Below, piece after piece: positions 22,784-31,307 of a stretch of 64,000 bases of DNA. The notes under the pieces were generated by a model. It saw only the letters and a list, made by a program, of their open reading frames with translations. It was not told where the DNA came from and did no database searches. Each line of letters starts with the position of its first letter. Position 1 is the stretch's first letter. The stretch covers positions 1-64,000 of the forward strand of contig JAZGFI010000235.1 of NCBI GenBank assembly GCA_036479435.1. Direction: 5' to 3'. A program made the position numbers and the translations under genes. Origin of the DNA: Planctomycetota bacterium (lineage in GTDB: Bacteria; Planctomycetota; GCA-002687715; DRQF01).

Positions 22784-23553
22784 CAAACTCGGATTTCTGG
22801 TTTCTTGGCGACGAGGATGACGCGTGATGATTGTGGCGTAATGGGCTTGCCACCGAAGTCGCCATAGCGTTGATCTAAGACCAAGCCAGCCTCTTCCATC
22901 ATTTCTTGCAGGTCTTGTTCATTGTAAAGGCGAACCGACTCCCGGTGTTCTCGTTGCCAACCATCGTCGCGAATCATGGTGATCGTTTTTTCGACTCGTT
23001 TTCCGTCGGCTGTGATGCGGCGCTGTTGGTAAACGACCAGGTCTTTTTTTCGTTCCTCGCTTCGTTCGACAAGATGGTGACGGACGTAGTCAGCGTTCAG
23101 GAAATCAAGAACGAAACTACCTCCAGGGAGCAGGGATTTTGCAACGCCGACCACAACCGTGAGGTCTTCGGCATCGTCTTCAAAGTAACCGAAAGATGTG
23201 AACAGGGAGGTCACGAGTTGAAAGTAAGAGTCGAAAGAAAGGTGGCGCATGTCTCCTTCCAAAAACAAGACGTTGGCAAGACGCCTCGCTCGAGCTTCCT
23301 GAATGAGGTCGTTGGAAAGATCGAGGCCAAGAACGGACAGCTGCTTTCGGGACCAGGCCGCTGCGTGTCTTCCGTTGCCACAACCCAAATCTAAGACTGG
23401 TGCGGAAAGGGCGGCGTCAACTTTGGTCCAAGTTGATATCTTGTCGACTTCCTGCGAAGCGGCTTCGTCGGTCCGGTGTGCGTAGAGGTCGAGATAAACT
23501 TTTTCGAAAGCACGACGGAACCACTCAGATCCTCGCTGCTTAGATTCGCTCAT
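22783..23553 (-). CDS. Class I SAM-dependent methyltransferase
   Basis: VLDLGCGNGRH, GDMR, LFTSFGYF, LPGGSFVLDFLN, ESVRLY. Confidence 0.9.
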   Translation of the reverse strand: MSESKQRGSEWFRRAFEKVYLDLYAHRTDEAASQEVDKISTWTKVDAALSAPVLDLGCGNGRHAAAWSRKQLSVLGLDLSNDLIQEARARRLANVLFLEGDMRHLSFDSYFQLVTSLFTSFGYFEDDAEDLTVVVGVAKSLLPGGSFVLDFLNADYVRHHLVERSEERKKDLVVYQQRRITADGKRVEKTITMIRDDGWQREHRESVRLYNEQDLQEMMEEAGLVLDQRYGDFGGKPITPQSSRVILVAKKPEIRV

Positions 23554-24461
23554 CGAGACGGCTTTCTGGCGTCATCAAGTTCGCGATTCCATTGTTTTAC
23601 CGCGGACTCGATTGCGCTTTTCCAAGCTATTGGTGCCGGGCCTTTACCCCAAGGCTCGGTGATCCCCCGCGACAAGGCGACAAGAGCGCGGCTTCCTTCA
23701 GAGTCGAAGGCATGGGCGGCATCGGCCATGGTCGCCCCCTGGGCACCAACTCCGGGCACCAAAAACCAAGTGTTCGGCATCATGGCCCGCAGGTGCTCAA
23801 GTTCTTCGGCGTGAGTTGCGCCCACAACTGCGGCAACGAGTGGGGACTCCTCGTCCGATCGACGCATTGAGTTCCCCCACTCCTTGACCAACTCAGCAAC
23901 CCTCTCAAAGACCTTCCCCCCACCGGAGGATTCCGATAAAGGCAATTCCAAAAGTTCAGCCGAAGAGGGATTGCTGGTGCGAACCAAGACAAAGACTCCC
24001 TTTCCCATCGTGGCGGCTCGTTTGAAAAACGGCATGACGCCATCGCTACCAAACCAGGGATTTACGGTGATGGCATCAAATGCGGTGTTTTTATGGCCCG
24101 TTCCTAAGCTTGCTCTTGCGTAGGCTTCCGCGGTGCTTCCAATATCAGCCCTTTTGATGTCGGCGATCGTGATGAGACCACAGGCCTGTGCATGCGCTGC
24201 GAGCTCATCCATGACTTGAAGCCCGGACGTTCCGAAAACCTCAAAGAATGCGCTTTGAAATTTGATTGCCGCGGAAAGCGGGCCAACAAGATCAATCACC
24301 GCTCGTCCAAAATCGGCAATAGCTGTCGTCTCAGAGGAAGATGCAGCAATTAATTCCGAAGGAATGCGGTCCGGGCGGGGATCAAACCCGACACAGAGGT
24401 GAGAACCGACTTTTCGACAGCGCTGAGTCAGGCGATTCGCAAAGGAGGCGTTTAAGTCCAT
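23550..24461 (-). CDS. pyrF: Orotidine-5'-phosphate decarboxylase
   Basis: LCVGFDP, KFQSAFFE, DIKRADIGST, TVNPW.G.D, LVRTSNP, VVGAT, LVPGVGAQG. Confidence 0.93.
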   Translation of the reverse strand: MDLNASFANRLTQRCRKVGSHLCVGFDPRPDRIPSELIAASSSETTAIADFGRAVIDLVGPLSAAIKFQSAFFEVFGTSGLQVMDELAAHAQACGLITIADIKRADIGSTAEAYARASLGTGHKNTAFDAITVNPWFGSDGVMPFFKRAATMGKGVFVLVRTSNPSSAELLELPLSESSGGGKVFERVAELVKEWGNSMRRSDEESPLVAAVVGATHAEELEHLRAMMPNTWFLVPGVGAQGATMADAAHAFDSEGSRALVALSRGITEPWGKGPAPIAWKSAIESAVKQWNRELDDARKPSR

Positions 24462-25057
24462 GAAAGGAAGTTCCTAAGCATGAGAGCCCCACCCTCCGTA
24501 AGGAAAGACTCCGGATGAAACTGAACTGCTTCCCAGGGGCGTTCGCGATGCCGCAGTCCCATCAGCACCCGCGATGACCCCATGGTCCAAGCGCTTGGCT
24601 CGAGTTCGGCGTGGGCTGGCATGATGGGGACAGACAGCGAATGGTAACGAGTCACCGAAAGAGGGTTGGCCAAACCTAAAAAGATTCCTCGACCGTCGTG
24701 GCGGATTGTTTCTGCTTTGCCGTGTACTGGGGTTGGACTGAGCTCCCATCTTAGTCCGAAGTGCGCAGCAAGACACTGTTGACCGAGGCAGACGCCGAAT
24801 AGGGGAAGCTGTGGCGGCAACAATTTTAGTAGACCCATGGCGACCGGGGCTTCGTCGGGGTTACCTGGTCCCGGTGAGATCAGAACTCGAGTCGGCATGG
24901 GGTTCAACAATTGCTGCAGCCGTCGTTCGAGATCCCGACCAAGGTCAAGGCCGAGGTCGGCGCTTCGAACCACCTTTGGCCGGTCACCCAACTCTTCGAG
25001 AAGGTGAACGAGATTCCAGGTGAAAGAATCATTGTTGTCGAGAACTAAGGTTCCCAG
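24452..25057 (-). CDS. Class I glutamine amidotransferase (TrpG/PabA family)
   Basis: VLDNNDSFTWNL (upstream of the ORF-track start), ISPGPGNP, GVCLGQQ, HGK, RYHSL, VQFHPES; probable CTG start at 25057. Confidence 0.88.
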   Translation of the reverse strand: MGTLVLDNNDSFTWNLVHLLEELGDRPKVVRSADLGLDLGRDLERRLQQLLNPMPTRVLISPGPGNPDEAPVAMGLLKLLPPQLPLFGVCLGQQCLAAHFGLRWELSPTPVHGKAETIRHDGRGIFLGLANPLSVTRYHSLSVPIMPAHAELEPSAWTMGSSRVLMGLRHRERPWEAVQFHPESFLTEGGALMLRNFLSWT

Positions 25058-25094
25058 CGATCAACCCTCAGTCAGTTTAGGTCGTAGCCCCATG

Positions 25095-25450
25095 TATGGC
25101 TTTCTTCTCTTATCTAGAGAAGCAGTCATCATCATAAGGGCACGTCGTATTGGGAACAGCGCTTGGGGAAAATGTCGAAAGTCGTTCCAAGCGGGGACTT
25201 TAAGGACTCGTGTTGGATTGGGGAATGGGCGTGGAGGAAGTGCGGATGGCGTGTCAAAAGACGGCGGGAATAGAGCCAGTTCTCAACAGCCCTGAGGCGG
25301 TAGGCGTCCGAGCTGTGGATAACTCGGCCCTTTTTACCCACGGGCTTCACCGTCTTCCCACAAGAACGCGACAGAAAGTGTGTGTAGAGGTGGGGGTGGT
25401 TGGATCCAAGACCCCCCAAGGAGAGGCGGGGATCACCTTGGGGGTAACGC
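25095..25450. other. Candidate chromosomal replication origin (oriC): DnaA-box cluster with DnaA-trio-like repeats
   Basis: Perfect TGTGGATAA at 25314-25322; variant boxes TGGGGAAAA 25164, TTCTCAACA 25280, TTACCCACG 25334, CTTCCCACA 25354, TGTGTAGAG 25381, TGGGGGTAA 25439; CAT-CAT-CAT-AAG-GGC at 25127-25141; non-coding gap between the dnaA and parAB loci. Confidence 0.72.
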
Positions 25451-25488
25451 CGCCAACGCACCACCCTTGGCCGCCCCAAAGGAGTGCG

Positions 25489-26295
25489 CTAGGGGTTGAG
25501 GATCTGACCCAAGCGCCGCAGGCAACTCAATTCGATTTGCCGGACTTTTTCACGGCTTGATCCGAGGATCTTGCCGATTTCCTTCAGAGTCATCGGCTCG
25601 ACGCCCTCCAAACCATAGCGCAATTTCAGCACCGTTCGTTCGGCTTCCGAGAGGTCCTTCACCAAGCTCTCAAGATGCTTGAGCTCAAGGTCATGGAGAA
25701 CGCTGAGGTCAGGGCCCCTCCCCCGCTCATCAATCACCTCGTCACGGACGCGCTGAGAAGCATCGAGAGAGCTGATTTGTTCAAGATGCGTCGAGGTGTC
25801 GATGGCCCGACGAAAGCTGCGACGCTCGGAGTTTTTTAGTTCCATGGCGTCGAAAAGCTCGTCGTCGCGGGGCCGGCGACCTAAAGCCAGTTCCATTTCT
25901 ATGCGCTTGGTCTTCCAGCGCGAGATGAGATCAAGAACATAGGTAGGTATCCGCACTGTCTTCGTCTGATTGTTGATGGATCGACCGATCGACTGCCTAA
26001 TCCACCAGGACGCATAAGTGCTGAACCGACACCCTTCTTCGGGATCGAACTTCTCAACCGCTCGGATGAGGCCCAGGTTTCCTTCCTCAATAAGGTCGAG
26101 AAGGGTCAAGCCGCGACCCAGGTAGGCCTTTGCGATAGAGACCACCAACCTCAGGTTGGATTGGATCATCTCTTCGCGTGCCGCCGAGTCTCCCTGTCGC
26201 ACCCGGCAGGCAAGCGTCCGCTCACCCTTGGCATCCAGGAGCGCTGTTTCTGAAATTTCTGCCAAATAGGTCTGCAAAACAGATTTTTCAGCCAC
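25489..26295 (-). CDS. Sigma-70 family factor, group 2-like (no region 1.1)
   Basis: [49 protein letters not shown]...SREKVRQIE. Confidence 0.9.
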   Translation of the reverse strand: MAEKSVLQTYLAEISETALLDAKGERTLACRVRQGDSAAREEMIQSNLRLVVSIAKAYLGRGLTLLDLIEEGNLGLIRAVEKFDPEEGCRFSTYASWWIRQSIGRSINNQTKTVRIPTYVLDLISRWKTKRIEMELALGRRPRDDELFDAMELKNSERRSFRRAIDTSTHLEQISSLDASQRVRDEVIDERGRGPDLSVLHDLELKHLESLVKDLSEAERTVLKLRYGLEGVEPMTLKEIGKILGSSREKVRQIELSCLRRLGQILNP

Positions 26296-26357
26296 CGTCG
26301 AACCCCCTAGGACCCCAAAGCTCCGGGCGGCAAGGGGACCCTAAGTGCCCACTACAA

Positions 26358-27506
26358 TCAGGGCACTTCGGGATCTCGACCCGGGACAAAATCGAACTGC
26401 TTGCGATGGTGCCGTAGGAAAAACTGACGCGCCGTGGCGAAGACCACAAAGAGGTCCAAGCAGGGCGACCAGGTATTCACGTAGGCGAGATCGAGATCGA
26501 GCCGACGACGAATCGAGGTGTTTCCGACGTATCCGAACGCTTGCGCCAGGCCCGTCAGGCCCCCACGCGCACAATGTCTGTGGGGATACATCGTCATACT
26601 TTTAGTAAATACTTGAACAAACTCTGGACGCTCTGGTCGCGGTCCAATCAAACTGAGATCACCGCGCACGACGTTCCAAAGCTGTGGTAGTTCATCAGCC
26701 CAAGAACAACGTAACCATCGACCCAAAGCGGTGATGCGATCGTCGTGGGGGCCCGGCCAAACCGGCTTGTTGTCAAGCTCGGCGCCTCGTTTCATGCTCC
26801 TGATCTTCAAGATGTGAAAAGGACGGCCACCCTCCGTTAAGCGCACTTGCTTGTAGAATCCGGGGGAGCCCTGAGTGATGCGAACCAAGAGCCATAAGAC
26901 CGCCAAGACGGGTACCAAGGCCAGAAAAAGAGGAACCGCGAACAAGAGGTCACTGAGGCGCTTCACCCTTCCACTCAAGCCCTCGATAGGCCACTCCCGT
27001 GCCTGGATGCGGCGTCCCGAGGGTGAATGAACAAAGACGCGCAGACCTTCAGCAAATCCGTCTGGTAGGTGCCAAACCTCAGTAGCTGCCCCACTTGGGG
27101 CGGCCTCAACCGCCCAAGCCGGGCTGTCTTTTAGGGCGGCGACGAGCGCCGTAAGCTCGCCCTCAGAGCCACGAAACTCAACCAAAGTGCGGCAGCACCG
27201 CGATGCGCCATAAATGAGGACGAGCCGAATGGCGCAAGCGAGGCCAAGGAATGTCCACAAATGAAGGAAGCCAGGCCCCCGAAAAGGCGTCAAAACGGCG
27301 AGCAGAGACCACAAACCGATAGCGATCAGTCCCACGAATCCGAAAGCCGCGACTCGAAGCGAGAGACACATGGGGATTCGGAAGTCGTACTGGCGAAACC
27401 AGTAAAGGAGCGCAATGCTGACCCCAGCGACCACCACAATCGACCCTAGGTCTGAGGTACACCCCCAAGCCCACATCAGCACGAGACCGTCAAAGACGAT
27501 CGCCAT
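26358..27506 (-). CDS. Polyprenyl-phosphate sugar phosphotransferase (WcaJ/WbaP-like bacterial sugar transferase)
   Basis: N-terminal TMs, KRLSDL, KIRSM, DELPQLWNVVRGDLSLIGPRPERP, LTGLAQ; start uncertain (27506 or 27593). Confidence 0.85.
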   Translation of the reverse strand: MAIVFDGLVLMWAWGCTSDLGSIVVVAGVSIALLYWFRQYDFRIPMCLSLRVAAFGFVGLIAIGLWSLLAVLTPFRGPGFLHLWTFLGLACAIRLVLIYGASRCCRTLVEFRGSEGELTALVAALKDSPAWAVEAAPSGAATEVWHLPDGFAEGLRVFVHSPSGRRIQAREWPIEGLSGRVKRLSDLLFAVPLFLALVPVLAVLWLLVRITQGSPGFYKQVRLTEGGRPFHILKIRSMKRGAELDNKPVWPGPHDDRITALGRWLRCSWADELPQLWNVVRGDLSLIGPRPERPEFVQVFTKSMTMYPHRHCARGGLTGLAQAFGYVGNTSIRRRLDLDLAYVNTWSPCLDLFVVFATARQFFLRHHRKQFDFVPGRDPEVP

Positions 27507-27694
27507 GCTCCCCAAACACAAAGCCCGAATCCGGGTCAAATGAGGAGCTCCCCAAGGGCAGCGGGCGGCCAGCAAGGGTCCAACGCCGCGCAAAAATATC
27601 GTAATTCTTTTGTGGGTAATCGATTCGGAGACATTTGACTATGGCGGCCGACTGGGACTTTCCACTTTTCAGGCTATAATCGCGCGCCGACACC

Positions 27695-29041
27695 ATGACG
27701 CAAGAATCAAGACCAAGACCAACGCTCACCGAATCCCCCGCCCCCCCGCCGGTCGAGACGGTTTGCAGCGAAACAGAATTCGCGGGCATTCTGGCGATGC
27801 ACGTGCCATCGCTGATTCGAATCGACAACCTGGTCGAGTCGAATCGGCGCGCCCGCCTAAGTCGTCGGGTGCTGTCAACGATCAGCGAAGAAGCTTCCAA
27901 GCTTGAAGACTTGCTGACGGACTACGATGCTCCCTACAACCACGCCTTTTGCAAGTTTTACGAGCTTGTCGCAGCCCTCAGAAGTTTCAGCGCCGCAGGC
28001 TATACCGCCAAAGTTGTTGAGCTTCGCACGGCGCGCCGACCCAGTTTTAATGACAAAAAACTCGACGCTGCCTTTCGCGAGGAGACTGCGAAAGCCCTGG
28101 GGTTCATCGAGGAAGGGGTGCGGCAGCTGCTGAGATCGTGCCGCTCTGAGGTCGAAAAGCTCAGTGGCACAGAGCTTGAGGAGGCAGCCCCCCAACACAT
28201 TTTTCAAGACAGCATGGACCACCGCTCTTTGCCCCACACCCTTGGGGCCGACGACGTTACCGATCAAAAAAGTCGTATTGCGGCGGAGGCCTCTCTTTTT
28301 CTTACCGCACACCAGACATTGCACCGCCGTTCCCAAGGGGCGCGGTTCGACGACCCCGAGCTTATGCAAAGGTTTGTCTTGGATGTTTGCGACGAAGAGC
28401 AGTCGCGATTTTTTGAGGTGAAACTTCAGAACATCCAAAGTCGCTACGATACCTTTGTCATGAACACCCTGGCGGAAAAACGGGATCCACTCCTTCGCGA
28501 GTTTCGCGTGGCGGTCGGGAACAGTTTAGAGCTGATACGTATCGTGGCTCGACTCGTTCACTTTTTTGAGCGACACGAGGATGACTCTCGTCCAGAAGAA
28601 GCCAAGGCGGCCGTTGCCCAACTTGTCGACAAGCAGGGGGTCCTCGATACGATCTTGAATTATGCGCTTTATTACGCGCATCGATTCATGGAAGTCGGCG
28701 AGCCCTTGGCGGAGTCCCTTCTCCAAAAGTACACCGTCAAGGAATCGGTGGCCTTGTCGCTGCCGGCAGGCGTCGTCCTTCACGCGCGGCCCGCGTCGCT
28801 CATCGTGAAAGTGGTTCAACACCACGGAACACCGGTTCAAATCCAACTGGGCGACCACTCCTGCTATGCGGGCTCGATTACTCAGATCATCATGGCAGCG
28901 GGCCAAAACCCCGCGATTGGCTCGGTGAAATTTGAAGGCGACCGCAAACCGATTGCAGACCTCACGCTTTTATTTGAGCATCGGCTCGGCGAAGATGGCC
29001 TAGATAATCTCCCTCCCGATCTGAGTTACCTACGTCGTTAA
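27695..29041 (+). CDS. Protein with large helical N-domain and C-terminal HPr-like phosphocarrier domain
   Basis: C-terminal LHARPASLIVKVV...AGSITQII (HPr His15 and Ser46 motifs). Confidence 0.75.
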   Translation: MTQESRPRPTLTESPAPPPVETVCSETEFAGILAMHVPSLIRIDNLVESNRRARLSRRVLSTISEEASKLEDLLTDYDAPYNHAFCKFYELVAALRSFSAAGYTAKVVELRTARRPSFNDKKLDAAFREETAKALGFIEEGVRQLLRSCRSEVEKLSGTELEEAAPQHIFQDSMDHRSLPHTLGADDVTDQKSRIAAEASLFLTAHQTLHRRSQGARFDDPELMQRFVLDVCDEEQSRFFEVKLQNIQSRYDTFVMNTLAEKRDPLLREFRVAVGNSLELIRIVARLVHFFERHEDDSRPEEAKAAVAQLVDKQGVLDTILNYALYYAHRFMEVGEPLAESLLQKYTVKESVALSLPAGVVLHARPASLIVKVVQHHGTPVQIQLGDHSCYAGSITQIIMAAGQNPAIGSVKFEGDRKPIADLTLLFEHRLGEDGLDNLPPDLSYLRR

Positions 29042-29147
29042 GCGGCCCCCGCAGAGCGCCGGCAATTGAAGGCTATTGGCCTCTCAAGCCCCCGTGTTAC
29101 GGTGCCGCGCCTTGCAGCATGTCCCTTATTTCCAACTCTTGAGGTAA

Positions 29148-29645
29148 GTGCGGTCCATGTGGATCGGAGTGATTTCAGACACAGATGGTGGGCTTCATCC
29201 GAAGATCCTTGAGATCTTTTCGACCATGGACTTCATTATCCACTGCGGCGCCATTGGCGCTCCGGAGGTTCTACTGGACCTGTCAAACTGCTCGCCTATC
29301 TCCGGGGTTTTGGGGCCCAATGACCATGCGGAGGAATTTCAGCCGCTTGGGCTGGAGTTGTGCAAGACCTTTTTAGAGGTGCCGCTGTTCGTCCGCCATG
29401 ATCTCGGAACCCCGAGCAAGCCGACGAAGGACCTGCCTCGCATCCTCGAAACCGTCGCCCCTAAAGTCCTTTTGTTTGGCAAGACTCGAGAGGTCTTCAA
29501 CGGCACCGTTGATGACCGACTTTGGTTCAATCCAGGGTCCGGGTCACCATCATCAAATGGGCGCGCCTGCAGCATTGGGATTTTGGAGATCGAAGGGCAG
29601 AGCGTTCGAGGCGAGATCATCCCCCTGCCGAACACCTTGAGCTAG
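29148..29645 (+). CDS. YfcE/MJ0936-like metallophosphoesterase homolog with degenerate metal ligands
   Basis: IGVISDTDG, IIHCGAIG, VLGPND, LFGKTR and FNPGS align with the SDTHG / HAGD / GNND / GHTH / NPGS pattern. Confidence 0.7.
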   Translation: MRSMWIGVISDTDGGLHPKILEIFSTMDFIIHCGAIGAPEVLLDLSNCSPISGVLGPNDHAEEFQPLGLELCKTFLEVPLFVRHDLGTPSKPTKDLPRILETVAPKVLLFGKTREVFNGTVDDRLWFNPGSGSPSSNGRACSIGILEIEGQSVRGEIIPLPNTLS

Positions 29646-29692
29646 GGCGCGCGCTCATCCGGGAATTTAGGTGAAGAGACTCAAGGGACGAC

Positions 29693-30418
29693 CTATCGCC
29701 CGAGCCTGAGTCGCTCGGCGAGCAGCTCTGGCAGCCCCGCGGCGCGGATCTTGTCACCCGCACGCTGCAAATCGTAGCGAACGCGTTCTAGGCGGTACTC
29801 ACCTGTTTCCGAATCGTAGACCCCATAGGCGGCCTTTGGGTTCTCGTCCCGCGGTTGCCCAATGCTGCCGACATTGACCAAGGCTCTTCGAAATCCCGAC
29901 AGATCGGCCCGGTGCGACATGGAGAGGTGAATGGTTTCGTCCATGGCGAATATCAGGGGAACATGGGAATGCCCGACAAAACAAACCGTCGTGGTCATGG
30001 CGTTGAGGGACCGTGCCGCATCGTAATAGGACTGGATGTAGTTGAATTCTTCCGGCTTGTCGACCGTGGCGTGGGTGACCATGACTTCGTTGGATACGAT
30101 TTCTTGCAGCGAGAGGGATGCGATCCATTCACGATCTTCGGCGCTGAGGGCTTGAGCCGTCCAGTCGATCGCAGCTTTCGCGTAAGCATTGAAAAATGAA
30201 GTATCGAGCTGGCCCACGGCGGCCCAATCGTGATTTCCAGCCACCACCGTGGCGCCGATCTCCCGCACTCGCCTAATACAGGGCGAAGGATCAGCGCCGT
30301 ATCCAACGATGTCACCAACACTTAGGTAGTGGGCGACACCCTCAGCCTCAAGGGCTTCAATGACCGCATCGAGGGCCTCGATGTTGGCGTGAATGTCGCC
30401 CAATACACCGTACTTCAC
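29693..30418 (-). CDS. Metallophosphoesterase (calcineurin-like), motifs intact
   Basis: GDIHAN, GDIVGYG, GNHD, GHSH, NVGSIGQPRD; GTG 30418 with GAGGAGG RBS. Confidence 0.9.
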   Translation of the reverse strand: MKYGVLGDIHANIEALDAVIEALEAEGVAHYLSVGDIVGYGADPSPCIRRVREIGATVVAGNHDWAAVGQLDTSFFNAYAKAAIDWTAQALSAEDREWIASLSLQEIVSNEVMVTHATVDKPEEFNYIQSYYDAARSLNAMTTTVCFVGHSHVPLIFAMDETIHLSMSHRADLSGFRRALVNVGSIGQPRDENPKAAYGVYDSETGEYRLERVRYDLQRAGDKIRAAGLPELLAERLRLGR

Positions 30419-30459
30419 AAGCCGAGCCCCTCCTCTGCCCACAATCTCATGGGTACATG

Positions 30460-31263
30460 CTATGACTGTGACGAACTGCCGTCAAGCGGTACCAGGGTAG
30501 TCCCTAGGCGTTCTAATATCCAAGTAAGGACCAAGTTAGAAGTTAGCCAGTACAAGGAAGTTGAGGCGAAAAACCAAGCCCATGCTGCCGCGTCATGGGA
30601 GGCGATCTGCAGATGACGCCCGAGATCAAGGGCAGGAAAAAGGAGCCCCAGCGAGTGTTGCCAAAAGGCCAGCTGATTTTGGCCTTCGAGGGGATGATGA
30701 AGGGTCGAAGACAGAAGCTGGGTGGCAAAGAGAAGAGCCAGAAACACCAGAGCGGCCGGGGCGAACCGCAACCGGACCCCAATGATCCTGGCGAGGGCCA
30801 GAAGTCCGACGCCCTGCAGAAGCCCGGAGCTAAAGCCAGCCACCAGGGTTGCCAGATCGCCACGACTCCAATGTACGTCAGGCCGCCACCAAGGCAGGGT
30901 GATCAAGCCCACAAGTTGGACCCCCAAAACCAGCAAACTTCCCAAGCAAAACACGAGCAAGAGCCCCAATCCATGGCGAAGGACGACTCCCAAGGTTGCC
31001 CACGCGGGTGTACCCAGCACTTCGGCCCGAAAAAGGAACTTGCCACTTTGGGTTGAAGGAAGACCGCACAGGATCGCGAAAAATACTCCCCACAAGAGAC
31101 TTGTGGCGGGCGCGCCCTCAAGCGCGAAGGCTACAGGGCCCCGAAACCGTACTGGTACCAGTATGGGCCCGAGGGCAAGGAAGGCCCCAACCCCCAAGGC
31201 CACCCTGAAGACAGTTGACCTCCATGTTTCCAGAAAGGCAACCTTGGTGGTAGAGTGAAGCAA
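30460..31263 (-). CDS. Hypothetical multi-pass membrane protein (weakly ABC-permease-like)
   Basis: About six hydrophobic segments; TTG 31263 with GGAG RBS is the likeliest start. Confidence 0.55.
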   Translation of the reverse strand: MLHSTTKVAFLETWRSTVFRVALGVGAFLALGPILVPVRFRGPVAFALEGAPATSLLWGVFFAILCGLPSTQSGKFLFRAEVLGTPAWATLGVVLRHGLGLLLVFCLGSLLVLGVQLVGLITLPWWRPDVHWSRGDLATLVAGFSSGLLQGVGLLALARIIGVRLRFAPAALVFLALLFATQLLSSTLHHPLEGQNQLAFWQHSLGLLFPALDLGRHLQIASHDAAAWAWFFASTSLYWLTSNLVLTWILERLGTTLVPLDGSSSQS

Positions 31264-31307
31264 TCGAATGACTCCGGTGGCGGTCGTTCGCCGACAAGAA
31301 ATGGGGA

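Noticed and set aside
27611..27619. Single DnaA-box-like TGTGGGTAA as an origin
   Set aside because: Isolated one-mismatch box in a divergent promoter gap, with no cluster or trio repeats
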